Of a stretch of 63,139 nucleotides of DNA, positions 34,342 through 47,760 are shown one piece after another. The notes beneath the pieces were generated by a model. It had not been told where the DNA came from. It did no database searches and saw nothing but the letters and a program-made list of their open reading frames with translations. The stretch's first letter is position 1, and each line of letters begins with the position of its first letter. A program made the position numbers and the translations under genes. Source of the stretch: Asterias rubens (lineage: Eukaryota); the NCBI RefSeq assembly GCF_902459465.1, contig NW_022985743.1, positions 1-63,139 of the forward strand, read 5' to 3'.

Positions 34342-35820
34342 GAAGTTTGTACAATCGTCTTGTTTGTTGTCGAAGAATACATATTATTTAGAGTTTAGTG
34401 TTGTCCTAAAGGCAAGCTGATTTACATTTTACCTATGTGTTTTGTGTGTGGAAAATTCAAAATGTGTTTTAGTTTGATCATTACATTTTTACAAGACATT
34501 CTCAGAAGTATTCTCACATCATGCGTAATTGCCTTGGTGTGCACTTTCCAGTACGGCTGTCCAACACAGACTTGTATGGTAGTACATGCCTAGCACCTGC
34601 CGCGGTCTGCAAAGACCTTAGGTGCCTCTTGCTGCCTTTTTATATCCACAAATCCAACCATCTGAACCCTTGCGACAGGGTTGCAGCCTCAGCTGCACCT
34701 ACATGTACATAATATCATCCAGGTTAAGACCTCAACGCTATCGGCCTACATCACAATCAGGCTGTTCATGCTGCCCAGGATTGGCCTGGGTGGCACAAAC
34801 GATTTTCTAACTTTGCAAAAACCTGTGGTTACAACTTCTCAAGCCCAGTTCGACCCGAGTAGTGTAACTATATATATTTGGACAAATAAGGAGTCTGTGT
34901 TCTTGGATAAAACGCAAACCACGGCATTAATACAAAAATATTAACAATTATTTCTGTTTTTGTCTTTAATTGCCAGGAAGTGAACAGCTGGGTCTTTAGG
35001 TTTGGATTGAGTGATGTTTTAATTGTCACCAGGAGGGCAGTGAAATATTGAAGACCAGCTAAAGCGATTATCTTATTCCATAAGAAATGCTGCCGTCTGA
35101 TGTAGTGGCTTACAGAGGGCGTTTGATTGCCAGTTTGAACATGAACCATCGGATGTACATGTATTTATTTATCCTTCATTGGTTATCAAAGCTGACAATA
35201 GTTGTGCTTGAATCGTTGCTAGTAACCATGGCAAGGAAGAGAAGGACCATTCAGAAAGTTTTTTACAGTCATTTAAGTGGACCAGTTATGGGCATGCGAT
35301 TTGGTAGATCGTCTTAATCCGCATTCGGTAAAAGTCTTTATCATGACATGTGTTACCAATCATGCCAATAGCTTTACTGTGTATGTAACGATGCACTTTC
35401 TATAAAGCTGATCCTTGTCTTTTGATTTGATGATTTTCATGAGGTATTTAATGAACTACATGGCAGTTGTCGTGTGCTTTTCATTTTGGTATTCATCATA
35501 CATTTTCGTCCCATCCTTTCTTAGTTACTTTCTTGCGCGCTAGACCAAATGCCCCGACCACACAAAAAACACTCGCCAAAATGCTCTCACTGTGATTGGA
35601 TGCCAGAAACATCTTTCCTCCAATCAAATGACAAAGTTCTACTTGGATTTTACATACACCATTTGTATTTATGCATTGGAATGTTCCATTTGACTCGGCT
35701 TCACTTTGTTTTAAACTCATGACATGTTCTCACCACTGCACTCAGAAATATTTGTTACTCATAGGAATGATGATATATTACATTGTAGCGTTCAAACAAA
35801 CAAATTGACAATTCTCTTAA

Positions 35821-36181
35821 AGCCATCATACACTTTCGGTACAGAGAAAAAGTTCACAGATTTACAAATAATTTACAGGGTTTACAGAAGGTAATGGTGA
35901 AAGACTTCTCTCAAAATATTGTTCCATGAAATGCTTTACTTTTTGAGAAAACATTAAAACAATATCATTTCTCGATAGCGAGAATTACGGATTTATTATA
36001 AACACACGTCATGACACGGCGAAACGCGCGAAAACAGGAGTGGATTTTCCCGTTATTTTCTCCCGACTCCGATGACCGATTGAGCCTAAATTTTCACAGG
36101 TTTGTTGTTTTATATATAGAAGTTGTGATACACGAAGTGTGGGACTTGGACAATACTGTGTACCGAAAGTGTATAATGGCT
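35821..36181. mobile_element. TTAA-flanked MITE family 2
   Basis: TTAA|AGCCATCATACACTTTCGGTACA...TGTACCGAAAGTGTATAATGGCT|TTAA (22/23 TIR). Confidence 0.9.
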
Positions 36182-36185
36182 TTAA

Positions 36186-36525
36186 CAGCACTGTACTCAT
36201 TTGGTAATTGTCAAAGACCAGTGGTCTCACTTGGTTTAAATTTGGGCTCAATCGTCAATTGGTCATCAAAGTTGCTAAAAATGATGAAAGAAAAAACACC
36301 CTTGTTCGACGAATTTGTGTGCTTTCAGAAAGGAATAAAACACTTCTAGCTAGAAGTCTTTTAATATTTTAGTGAGAAATTACCTCTTTCTCAAAAACTA
36401 CATTACTTCAGAGGGAGTCATTTTCCACAATGGTTGATACTATCAACAGCTCTCCAATGCTCGCTACCAAATCAGTTTTTAAGTTAATATTTGTTTTTAG
36501 TAGTTACCAAACGTGTACTTTCCCT
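36186..36525 (-). mobile_element. Family-1-related TTAA MITE sharing a TTAA with the preceding element
   Basis: TTGGTAATTGTCAAAGACCAGT and TTCAGAGGGAG blocks are reverse copies of family 1; ends TTACCAAACGTGTACTTTCCCT|TTAA. Confidence 0.75.
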
Positions 36526-37790
36526 TTAAGGATATACTTTTTCACTAAAAACCTGATATCATTACCAATCAATTTTTGTAAGCCTTGTGGAATGTTTCTG
36601 TCTAAAACATTTCAGTCCCTGCGTAAATTCATCCCAGTACTTGATTTTTATAACAATTTTCCAAATCAAAGTAACCTCTTTTTTTTTCCTACATGCCCTA
36701 CGCCGACAATTGATATATACTGTATACTTGCGGAAAGGATCCACAGGCATACTACCTTGGTTAGGATTCGAACCCATGACCTTTGCCATTGTAGACCACT
36801 GAGTGTGCCCGATTACAAGGGGCCGATTCAAATCCTGTAATTAGCAACAGGTACTGCAATTAATTTGTTGAATATAATGTACGCAGACAAAATATAAGCA
36901 GTTTTGTTATTTTCTTAGAAATACGACTACAGTACCTAAATAAAATTTGACCAGTTTGTTGTTTGGTATTTTGATTTGAAACAAGAGGATAGGAACAAAC
37001 CCGATTATGAACCACATCCCCGGGGAAGCCAGGCTTCCTTTTTGTAATTCTGGTGTGGGTTATATTTATTTATAGTTCTTATGTCAGTTTGTTTGGAAAC
37101 CTTCTCACTGGTTCTACTACTTTCACTTGGTGAAGACATTTTAATATTGTAAAAAATATGTATATAGTTGAACATGATGAAGTTCAGTGACAAAACTTAC
37201 ATTTACGTTGACGGTTTTGTTTACTTGTCTCTTAAGACAATTATTATTCAACTGACTTTTTGTCTTTGCTTTTTCAACTTATTTTGTAAGTCACACAGTT
37301 ATGGAATAAAGAGAGAAAAATATGAAACCACATGTACAACTCTGAGTTTGTATAATTGTGAATTTTGTTTATGAAGTATACACCGTAATGGGCAATGCAT
37401 GTATATTGCTGTCAGTTTTTTAAATTGTTGTATTTTAAGTAAGGCTGGCAAAGATACTGCAAACAAGACTGCTTCATTTTTGGGGTGAAGTTTAGTTGTC
37501 ATAAAAAACTCATATCAATCAAACAAAATCAGACACTCTGACTCTTCTATTTGTACCTCCATGCTCGAACCTAACAATAAAATATACAAATACAACATTT
37601 ATATCTATGTAAAATTTGCTTTAACTACCATTTCGACAATGTCTGCTAGAAGAGATCATCTTAAACTGGAAGGCACATTAAGTCACTTTCTACCGTTTTG
37701 AGGAGAAAGATCCACAGAGAGTGCTCCTTTAACTTTGTTCACCGTTAAGTTGTAATAGCGCCCTCATTAGTGTAAAATGAGCCAGTCAAT

Positions 37791-37994
37791 GGTCACGTGC
37801 ATGCTGAGAATAGGGAGTTTATCAACTTGACCTCTCGTCTGCTCGTCAACTAACTCCACATTTCGCCAATACAGTGTCGTATTCCTGAGTGAAAAACATA
37901 CAATTACCAACAATAATCTGCTACAAATATACGATGTTATTCCTAGCCAGACATTTTGTTGCGTAACTGGGAACTGTTCCTGTTTTAAAGGAAG
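37791..37994 (+). promoter_or_regulatory. Probable LAMTOR1 promoter and non-coding first exon
   Basis: GGTCACGTGC at 37791-37800; donor GAAG|GTAATG at 37994/37995; the coding exon has an acceptor CCAG| at 39993 just upstream of the ATG. Not transcript-confirmed. Confidence 0.5.
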
Positions 37995-40027
37995 GTAATG
38001 TATAAAAATGAGCAAGCTTTTAATTTTTATATAAAAAAAAAAATGTCAAAATGTAATAATTAATTGAATTGCCATTGAAACTTGCCTCGTTTTATTTCCG
38101 ATTTTATATTTAATTTAATCATTATTTAATGTTTTTATTATTATTAGTGTTTAATTGATTTGTACAGCCCACACACACCACAGTTCGCGTTCTTAACTGT
38201 TTAATACAGTCGACAGTGCCAGCAGTGGCCATACTCATTCCACTCATTTGCAATGGTTATTTGCAAGGAAGGAAGTAGCAAGTACTATAGGCTATAGGGT
38301 TACAGTTCTAATATTATTGACTTCTTCTGTCATGTCTGTTGAATGTGACAATAATACCACTAGGTTAGAGGATAACTTTCCATATGTCGCCACCATTTTT
38401 TCACTCATTCTTACAAAAAGGGACAGCCTATCTCATTGAGGTACATGTAAATTGGATATTACAAGTATAGTATATTATTTCGTATCAAATGAAAAAGTGG
38501 TGACGCCATACGGAAACTTTTCCCAACTACCTAGTTCAGTAACTGTCAGTCTCTAAAAAAAACCTTGCTTGTTTGTATTAACTATTATAACTATAATTAT
38601 TTAGGAGGAATGTTTTATTTTCACGTCATGAAACTACACGTAGAAAAGAAACCTCCCCTTCTTATTATTGTACCTTTTAATTTTTTGTATCATTTAACTT
38701 ATTAATGATTTATGTTTAACATGTTTAAAGCTTTTACTTTTATTTTTAACGTTTCTGTTTCTAACGTTTTGTGTTTCATTGTCAAAACTTTAGAAAATAA
38801 ATATGCCTAGTCTGTTGATCTCAACTTCTAACATTTATAACCCCCGATATAATAGCCCCAAAGGTTGTATAACCCGTAGCATTTTTTTGTGGTCATATTG
38901 GCAAACAATTGGAGGTAATTTTTTTCAAGGAGTAGAATAGAATACAGCATCTTCTTTCCTTACTTTGATTGCTTATTGTAGACCAGCTGATAATCAACGT
39001 CGGGAGGATGGGGGGTTAAAATTATTGCAACTACTGATTTCAGTTCAGTTCATTTATTTACACAGTATTCACAAGTATAACAGTCAAATACAATACAGTA
39101 TTACCAACCTCTTTTAACTTTAATCTACATTTTTAATACAGTACCTTGTGTTTTAGGCCTTGCGACTGTGCCATGGGTGCTAGACATACTTTTAAACTTA
39201 GAGCAGCCAAAATGAGTATTGCCACTTTGTGGGGGAATATTTTGTAGAGGCACTGACCTTCTCAGGGCGGTAAAACGATGCATGTACTTCATTGATGCCC
39301 CTGGTCGTCATTGTCTTGATGCCCAATAAAGTGAAATTCTCCTCAGAATACATAAAGGTGCCAGTATCCTTAAAAGAAAAAACTGCCTTGCCCTTTCAAG
39401 CAAATCTTTGACTGTCCAATGAGCACTGCCTTTGGCATTTGGTTTGCTGTCGTTTTACTGCAGCTCTACATTGAAGGTCAAAACTGTTTTTAAATCGGGA
39501 ATATGGCTGCAGTTATTGATTGTAAATGTATCAAATGAATACATCGTTTAGGTTCGTTACGCTATAATCAAAAATGACGCTTTCAATCCCGAGTCAAGCT
39601 AGGCTTACGTTTCAAGATTTGCAGGTACTCTTACGTTTCAAAATACATTCTCACAAGGACGCTTTTGAATCCCTCACGATTCCCTCCCCCCCCCTAATTA
39701 CGTGACATTTTGATGATTTTTACAGCAACCATCTATAAAAACATTATTTATGATTCTAGAGCACTAAATTGCGTAAACAGTGAGCCGGTGTGTCCCTTTA
39801 CAACGTGGGGCAGATCAGGGAGAGTAATGATTATCATTTGCTAATTCAACGGTAAAAATGTTAACCTCCATTGCATACATTGTCATACTGACATAACTTA
39901 ATCCATTGGTTTTCCTTCTAAATTCTGTTATTAGGTACAGTATAGGAACATTCAGGCAGAATTGTCTACTACTATTAACATCCATCCATCCAGGTCTAGA
40001 TGAGCAAGTTAAACCACATGTAAAACA

Positions 40028-43000
40028 ATGGGTTGTTGCTTTGGACGAGATGAGGATAAGCACTTGCAGGTTAGTGTCTCTCATGTTCACTAAGAATTTC
40101 AACATTCCATTATTGTATTGTAGGGTGCCAAGACTGAGTGGTTAAGAGCATCAAATTCAAGTTCTGGCGATTTAGTCATCCGAGTGTGTGTTTGGGTCCT
40201 GGTCATGACTTGTGTTTCCTTTGAGCAAGATGCTTTACTGTGTAATTGCTTCTCTTCGCCAAGTTGTATAAATGGGTACCTGCAAGGGTAGAGATTGATA
40301 TTGTGTATGAAAAGCCACTGGAGCGCCATGGCAGCTGTGAAAGATTAAAGGAATGTTGTGTTGTTGGTCGAATGAATGGGGCACTGATGTAAAGCTCATT
40401 GAGACGTTATTGTGAAATGCGCTATTACAAGAACAAGCTATTGTTATTATTATCATACTGTTTCTTTGTACAGGATGAAAGTGCGGATGAAAGAAGTGGG
40501 CTCTTAGCAGATCCTGGTCGACATCCTTCTAGTCGACCAATAAACAGGTACTAAGGCGTTGTATACAATGATGAGAAGGGAAGCTTATTATGACATCGCC
40601 CAAGTTGGATAATTCTGTATTATACCAGAAATAGAAATACTTTTTACTAAGTTCTGTATGCTACTCCCATGTAGCAGAATTTACAACAGTTTGGAGACAT
40701 GCAAATGCCTACAGTTGTGACCAGGGCCCAATTTCAAAGATCTGCTTACTACCAAATTCTGCGCTTGTGATCACCATTTATCAATTTCTGCTCTAGCTGT
40801 TTTAGCGAAGAACGCTTAGTAACTTGGACTATGCAGAAATTCCTAGCTAACCTATGTTGATGTAAGCGCAGAAATCATCTTTCACCTGATTCTTTGCTTA
40901 AAGTAAAGCAGAGCCTTTAAATTGGATCCTGAAAACACCAGGAAGTGGTATGACTTTTCCATGGGCCCGAATAACAACTGCTTTCTATTGGAATATGCAG
41001 ACTGTACCAATGTTGTCTACATTCAGGTTTTCAATTACCAGAGCACTATATTTTGGCAGATAAAGATGCTTGGGTATCAAGGTCAACAAGAGACCGCGGT
41101 TATTTTTTTCATTGCATTTGGCTCATTTTTATTATTTTCAGTGAGTATGGCAGTCAGAGCCCTAATGCCCTAAAGATAGGTGATGAACAATCAGAGCTAA
41201 ACAGGATACTGCACAAGGCAGCTAAGTAAGTAATTCTCTTTAGTGTTTCGCATTTATTTCTGGAACGTCATTATTGTACTATGAAAATGTAGTTGAAAGC
41301 CAAGGACCCCAATAGACCGATCCATTAGGCTCTGCCCACGGCGCGCGTGTGAGCAAGAACATGTGAGCCTCTCCAATGCCATTCTGCACTACTCTGCCGC
41401 GAGCCCCCAAGCATACCCAAACGCATGCCAGACTTTATTCGTTGGACTTTTGGTTGCGCCATAATGGACTTTGATTGGTCAATTACGCAATGGGGCGGAG
41501 CTTAATGGATCGTTCTTTTTGATAATGTCGTTTAGCACATAACCTTTATTGTGTTCTTCTGACTTTTCTGAGTTGGAAAAGCCAGATTTCACTGAGTGAC
41601 TATATTCTGCGACAATGCACAAACCAAATGCATTAAATATTTGTTTTATAAAAACCGCACATAGATCTTCAAATGTCATTTGAAGTTGTTTCCACAATAA
41701 ACTTAAAAATAGTCACGGAAAGTTGTCAAACTCACAGTTGTCAAATTCTTAATACAAAACTAAACAAAAATAACGAATTCATGTGAACACCAACCTTGTT
41801 TGATTCGACCATGTCTTGTTTGGACAAAAAGAACGATTATTTTGGAAGTATTCCATAATTACTGTAGGACTCCTATTTTAAATTAGCGAGTGACTCGACA
41901 GTATACAAAACATGGCATGAAAAATGATGAAACTAATCAAATGACAACCAATTGTGTGTTTGGTGTTTACAAATGTTAGTCACTTGTGTTGCGTGTTGAA
42001 TTTTTCCGTTTTACCAATACAAAATTTATATTTTAATGTTACATGCACTATATTTTTTACCTCCCTCCTAATGTAGCATCCTACAGTCTTTTTCTAAGAC
42101 GATAGTTTGTCAATGGCTGACAATTTCAAGATTTTATTTGTGTCCTTGGAATGATACGAATGAAATTAATTTGATGATTGATCTTTAATTTGTTCAGTGA
42201 TGTGATTGATGTATCAGCAATCGACTCACACACAATGGAGCAACATGAATACTTAGACAGAGCCAGGACATACAGGTAATTCCATCATTTCCTTTTTCAA
42301 TGTTTCCTGTATTTGTTATTAACTTGGCTCCTGCCAATTTAATTTATAAGTACTCAGATATGTAATTACGTACGTGTATTGAAATTTTCTCGTTTATTGT
42401 ACGTACAATGGCCATGCAACGTGCAGTGTATCTGGAGATTTAGAATGCTGGTAATATTGTGTAAGCTGCACACATGCGCCTTGTATCAAGGAATACAGGT
42501 TTCCTCCAGGTTATTTTTGCTAACATTTGAGTGCCTCAGAAAACAGAAAGTTGTGTGTGCTTAGCCCGTTTCTCCTTTTTTAAAGTCTGTATAATAATAA
42601 TAGTTAGTGTATAGTAGCGCTTTTTACGACTGAAGGGTGTCCCAAAGCGCTTTACATTTTTACCCCTGGTCACTGGGCCTTAAATCATTCCTTGAACCAT
42701 CTCAGCTCCCTGGGGAGTATACAGCCTTGTGCAACTAAATGCGTTACTGAGCTAAATCAATCACAAAACCATCTCTGCCCACAGATACCATTTACATTTG
42801 TATGTCACGCATAGAGTATTTTATTAGATACAACAGCCTGTTCCAATCACCCTCTTTAGACCTAATTGCATACCTTTTTGTCAGCAATGACTCACTCTTT
42901 GGTAAAATTTATTTGAAATGTTGTGATTCGTGCATTGGAAATGTATTTGTTGTTGCCCTTCAATATTGTTTGTTTTACCTGTGGTGGCTCTTGCTTTTGA

Positions 43001-46000
43001 CCATTTTTATATGACGGCAGAATTTTTAATTTTTTGCTATTGTTGAAAAATATTAAGATTTTGTTGTTGCATGGTTGGCATAGTTGGATTGTGTGTAAAG
43101 CGCTCGCCTCTCACCAAGGTGACCCTGGTTCGATTCCCAGCCAGGGCCATATGTGAGTTGAGTTGTGCGTTGGTTCTCTGCTGTGCCACAAGGGTTTTCC
43201 GGTTTTCCTCCCTCGGGAAAAACCAAACACTTTCCATCACGGCTGTGCTCCATGGTCATAATGAGTTGATGTGGCTGGCAGCCAATTGTGCCCTTGCATG
43301 CCTGCTTCTGGAACACGTTGTAGCCGCGTAACTGCGAGTAAGGATGATTATCCCCCCCCAAATTATTTATTATTTATTTATATCTTTGACAGCTCACGAG
43401 TAGCCGTAGTTGTTACTGGGACTAAGAAGTCCTCCTCTAGTTTACTGGTCTTGCCACATGGTGTCTCTGTGCCATACACAGTGTTGGCTGATGAGCCAGT
43501 CTCACTTGCAGATATTAATTTGGTAAGTATAGTTATAATACATATTTTTGAAATGTCATGAAAGTTCACATCTGAAATAGTTAGGAGCGACTGGCGGGCT
43601 AGAAGTCGAAAGATCAACTATTTCAGTAAATAGGAACAACTCTGAAGCGCCTTCAGACGCGGATCTTGTTATGAGCCGAGCCAATGTAAATGTTATGTAA
43701 AGTTCTTCTGTCTAAAACCAAAATTTGTAATATGATTCACTGCGATCCTTCATCACTTTAATAACATCCAAAACCATCTCAGAACACGAAATGTTGGACT
43801 CTTTAATTATAGTGAAATGTATGATCCCGTGTAAAGTACTAGTGTTGTCCTCAGTTCAACTGAATCAAACAAACATGTTATTTGATGCTGATGGGTTTCT
43901 GGGTATTACATGTAGGACATATAATGGTGCCGGAGAAAACAGGAAATGCTGCCCTGTATGAGGTTGACCACTTCCTCTTTTGAAAAATAATGCACAGCGC
44001 TCGGTAAACGTGCATATTGATGAAGTGCACATTACACGGCACGGTAGAAAAACTGGAGTCGGGTAAAATATACTCAGTTATAAGCCAGAATTTAAGCTTC
44101 TTTGGTTGAATTCAACCAGTATGAGTGACTTCAGCCATGAAGTAGGATCCCATTTCTGCAAACAAAAACACTCTGGAATTGTTTTTTAAAGATAATGGAT
44201 TTTGTAGCTAAACATTTTGCAGAGATTTTATTATTCGGGAAACTGTTGTAGGTGGTTTAGTTGGTGAACGTGCAGTTTGTGACAATTGTATGATGACATA
44301 CAGCCACTGGCTTCAACTGCCTGTTACATATTGCATTAAACATGTTAAATCTTTGGTTGAATTTGGTAGCCAATCAAATAGCTAGCTTCGGAAGCACTCC
44401 AAAGCATGTTTGGGGATATTTGATCATGAAATGGTCTATTACAAAGTTGCATGTCCGATGACAGAAAGTCATTGTATAAAACAGAAAGTTTGAAACAATT
44501 TCTTTTGAGAAGAGCTGGTTGAAACTCATCATCAACCAGTAAACTCTGGTCGTCTTATGTACACTTTAATAATGAAATAGTTATGTGGTGTGCAATACAC
44601 ATGTCTGAGTCATGCATTGTATTCTGGTATTGACATCAGATGACCTTTGATAATGCAAACAAGATCAACCTTCAAGCAGTAAACATATAATTCTCAATTT
44701 GCCGTATTCATGCATGACACTTACTGTATATCTACTATAGTTTTAAATAGATGTGCACTACAAAACTACTATGATTAAAAAGTTTTGAGTTATATTATTG
44801 AATGTGCAAACAAACTTCTTATAAAGTCAAAGTTGGAGATGAAACTTTGCATGCTTGAAATGTTGTCTAATTTCATGCTGCGTATTTAAAAGCTTCAATT
44901 TGGTGCTCTTTTTCCAGAGGCTAGAGTTTGTATGTTTTATGTATTTCTACTGTTTGTCTGTAGTTTGATAATTACCTGAATAATAATACTCAATAATAAT
45001 GGCAATAATAATAGTTATGAACGGATTACCGTTTGTACAAATACTGTATGGAAATGTAAATCATTGCATCAGGCTTTTGAACCAAACCATTATCATCAAT
45101 GGTTTAAATGAGGGTCAAATGTTTAAAGTACCAAAGGTACTGCACTTGAAGATTACATTCCAAAATGAAAGATCTGATGGACCTGTTATGCACGTGGCTC
45201 CATCAGCTGTGTGCAAGCAGTGCATACCTAAACATGTTGTTTATTATGCACAGCATTTTGAGTTGAAACAAGAGATACATGAAACCCGAATGTAACACTG
45301 GATACAATAGAGACAAATATGTTGGCATGTACAGTAGATGTTCAGTAGATGTTGGGAACCCAAGTCATATTTGGGAAAGATTTGTTTTATCGCATTCTTG
45401 TATTATTATAAATGGCTGCCGTTTCATAAGCCAAGGGTGGTGGGTGCTCCCTGCTTTTGTTGCTTCCTACTTTTGTTCCAGCCGTCGATTTCACCAAACT
45501 CTTCCTAATTTAGGATTAATCTTAAGACTTAGGACGAGTCCCAGCCCTGCACTGTAGCATGCAAACCTTCAGACTACTCGGCCTAACTCGATATAGGATT
45601 CATCCTAGCATTTCGTGAAATCGGCTGCTGGGCCCTTTGCAAAGATCATTTGAGCATTTAGTAAATTACTGTCTTTCCATAGTAATTAATTGTGGATTTT
45701 ACTGAGAGAAGCTGTTCTTCCCCTTTAACTTCAATGCCTTGATTTTTACAGTACAATTGTTACTTCCATATCTTTCTATATCTGTCACTTTATTATTACT
45801 TTATGCCTGTGATTTTTTTCACAGAACTCGTGGAAAGTACCGAGTTATTAGTGCTTACACACACCGATGTATATGGGTAAAACCGAAATGAATATTCTTT
45901 ATCCTTGATGCATATTCAACATCATCTTTATTAGTGTTCTTGTTCTTTTTCCTTCTCTTATACATTTTTTCAGATCACAGTTGCTTCTGAAAATGCCTCC

Positions 46001-46066
46001 AAGGCAGTCAGTGGCGTCAAAGTAAAACACAGAGAGGATCTGGTTGTGCAGTTTCCAATGGTCTGA
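40028..46066 (+). CDS. LAMTOR1: Ragulator complex protein LAMTOR1 (p18), ~166 aa, 6 coding exons
   Basis: Exons 40028-40069, 40474-40547, 41142-41225, 42198-42275, 43393-43522, 45974-46066 (501 nt). MGCCF lipidation motif, ERSGLL dileucine signal, DEQSELNRILHKAAN, VIDVSAIDSHTMEQHEYLDRARTY and EDLVVQF. Confidence 0.95.
40123..40455 (+). mobile_element. tRNA-derived SINE (second family) with TATT tail; 3' fragment reversed at ~42617-42800
   Basis: GAGTGGTTAAGAGCATCAAATTCAAGTTCTGG head, CCTTGAGCAAGATGCT and GTATAAATGGGTACCTG core, GCGCTATTACAAG...TTATTATTAT end. Confidence 0.75.
41311..41519. mobile_element. MITE in LAMTOR1 intron 3
   Basis: AATAGACCGATCCATTAGGCTCTGCCC versus reverse complement of right end AAAAGAACGATCCATTAAGCTCCGCCC. 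Confidence 0.85.
43071..43350 (+). mobile_element. tRNA-derived SINE (third family)
   Basis: GCGCTCGCCTCTCACCAAGGTGACCCTGGTTCGATTCCC (B box), then GGGTTTTCCGGTTTTCCTCCC core. Confidence 0.75.
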
Positions 46067-47377
46067 CAGATGCCGTAATACAAATGTAATTTGTACATAC
46101 AATTTTGAACAAAAAAATACATTACGTTTGTAAGACTTATTGTATCAATTGGTATGATGTACAGTCAATACGCTCGTGTTGTTCGATGGAACAAACGTAT
46201 CATTGATGGTGGAAATGATTTGTTTTCTAACAAAACTCCCAAAAAAGATAAATAATTTAAATACCCATGTCCAGCCAGGCCATAGATCCAACCTATGCCT
46301 AGATCTTAAGACTAGTGGGCAGGATTTGTGGAGTGTCGATGCTAAGTGGTCTATTGCACCTGGCTCAAGTTCTAGTGTTGACAGGTCACTGGTCATGGCA
46401 CTTTGTGTCTTTGTGCAAAAGACTTAACTATATTTACTTCGTCCTTGGGATGGGGCATTAAGTCGTAGGTCCTGGGCAATGAACATAAAAGAACCATGTA
46501 CAACTATTGTTCAGAGAAAGGCTTTGGCCACAGTGTGTTCTAGTATGGTTAGCTGCAAATCTGTCAACCCTTATGGTTGTTAACTAATCACATGGACACA
46601 TTGTATTGTGAAATAAAGGCAGATGATGTGGCATCTGTCAGTGTAGTCAGGTAGTATGAGTCATTACCTGTGTGTCATGAAACCAGGAGTTGTCCCTTAC
46701 TGAGGGGTTTACAGTCTGACCTGTTTTTTTTGCAATTACATGAAGTTAAACTCCCAAAGCATTCACTGATCCATAAGGATGTAGTTACGCTTACTGTAAG
46801 CAAAGAATTGGTGCTTATAGGGAAGCATGGAATTCCGGGATTGCGTCAAGGGTATTGCGCGGGTTAAGCAGGAAATTTTGTGCGTGCTCCACATAACTAC
46901 ATTTCCTAGGCATTACTAGGCATTCTTCACTTACACAGTTCGCGCAGAAGTTAGATGCTTAGCACCCTTGTGGCATTACAGAATACATGCCCATGAACTA
47001 CCCCTAAGTTTGCCAACCCTGAAATGCCCAGTACTGTACAATGTAACTCTTTATGTAAAAAAAAAGTGACACCGTCAATATTCATTTTTTGCTGTTGTGG
47101 GAATTCAGGTATGGTACATTTCTTTGCCTGAACACTGTCAATTTTACTTTTTAATGAGAGACAAACTTTGCCAGCCAGCAACATGATATCATGTGGTTAA
47201 AAAGCATACCTACATGTCGGTGTCAACCCTTTTTATTTTGTACCATGTAATATCATCCCTGTGGTTTTAAACGATGGTTGTAATTCTAATACTGCCCTTT
47301 TGAATAAATCATTTGAAACAGTTTTTTTTTAATGACAAATGATGTACTTTTTGTTATGGGTAGTACAACTGATTTAA

Positions 47378-47760
47378 AGGCAGTGGACACTATTGGTAAT
47401 TACTCAAAATAATAATTGGCATAAAACCTTTCTTGGTGACGACTAATGGGGAAAGGTTGATGGTACAAAACATTGTGAGAAATGGCTCCCTCTGAAGTGC
47501 CATAGTTTTTGAGAAAGAAGTAGTTTTCCACGAATTTGATTTTGAGACATCAGATTTAGAACTTAAGGCCTCGAAATCAACCATCTAAACACACACAACT
47601 TCGTGTGACAAGAGTTATTTTTCTTTCATTATTATCTCGCACCTTCAATGACTGATTGAGCTCAAATTTTCACGGGTTTATTATTGTATGCATATATTAT
47701 GTTGAGATACACCAACTGTGAAGGTTAGTCGTTGACAATTACCAATAGTGTCCACTGACT
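47378..47760 (+). mobile_element. TTAA-flanked MITE family 1
   Basis: TTAA|AGGCAGTGGACACTATTGGTAATT...AATTACCAATAGTGTCCACTGACT|TTAA. Confidence 0.9.

Noticed and set aside
34521-35720. ORFs downstream of ZMAT2, including a possible TOMT-like gene
   Set aside because: No methyltransferase or other motifs and no consistent splice pattern; probably 3'UTR and intergenic DNA.
36740-36800. tRNA gene (GGTTCGAATCC B box on minus strand); similar fragment near 53530
   Set aside because: No full cloverleaf or acceptor stem; SINE head remnants.
37756-37770. CTCF-like AGCGCCCTC (also near 28038)
   Set aside because: Only part of the core matches; the CCAC-side half is missing.
44289-44400. Intronic C/D snoRNA (ATGATGA) in LAMTOR1 intron 5
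   Set aside because: No CTGA D box or terminal stem at a suitable distance.
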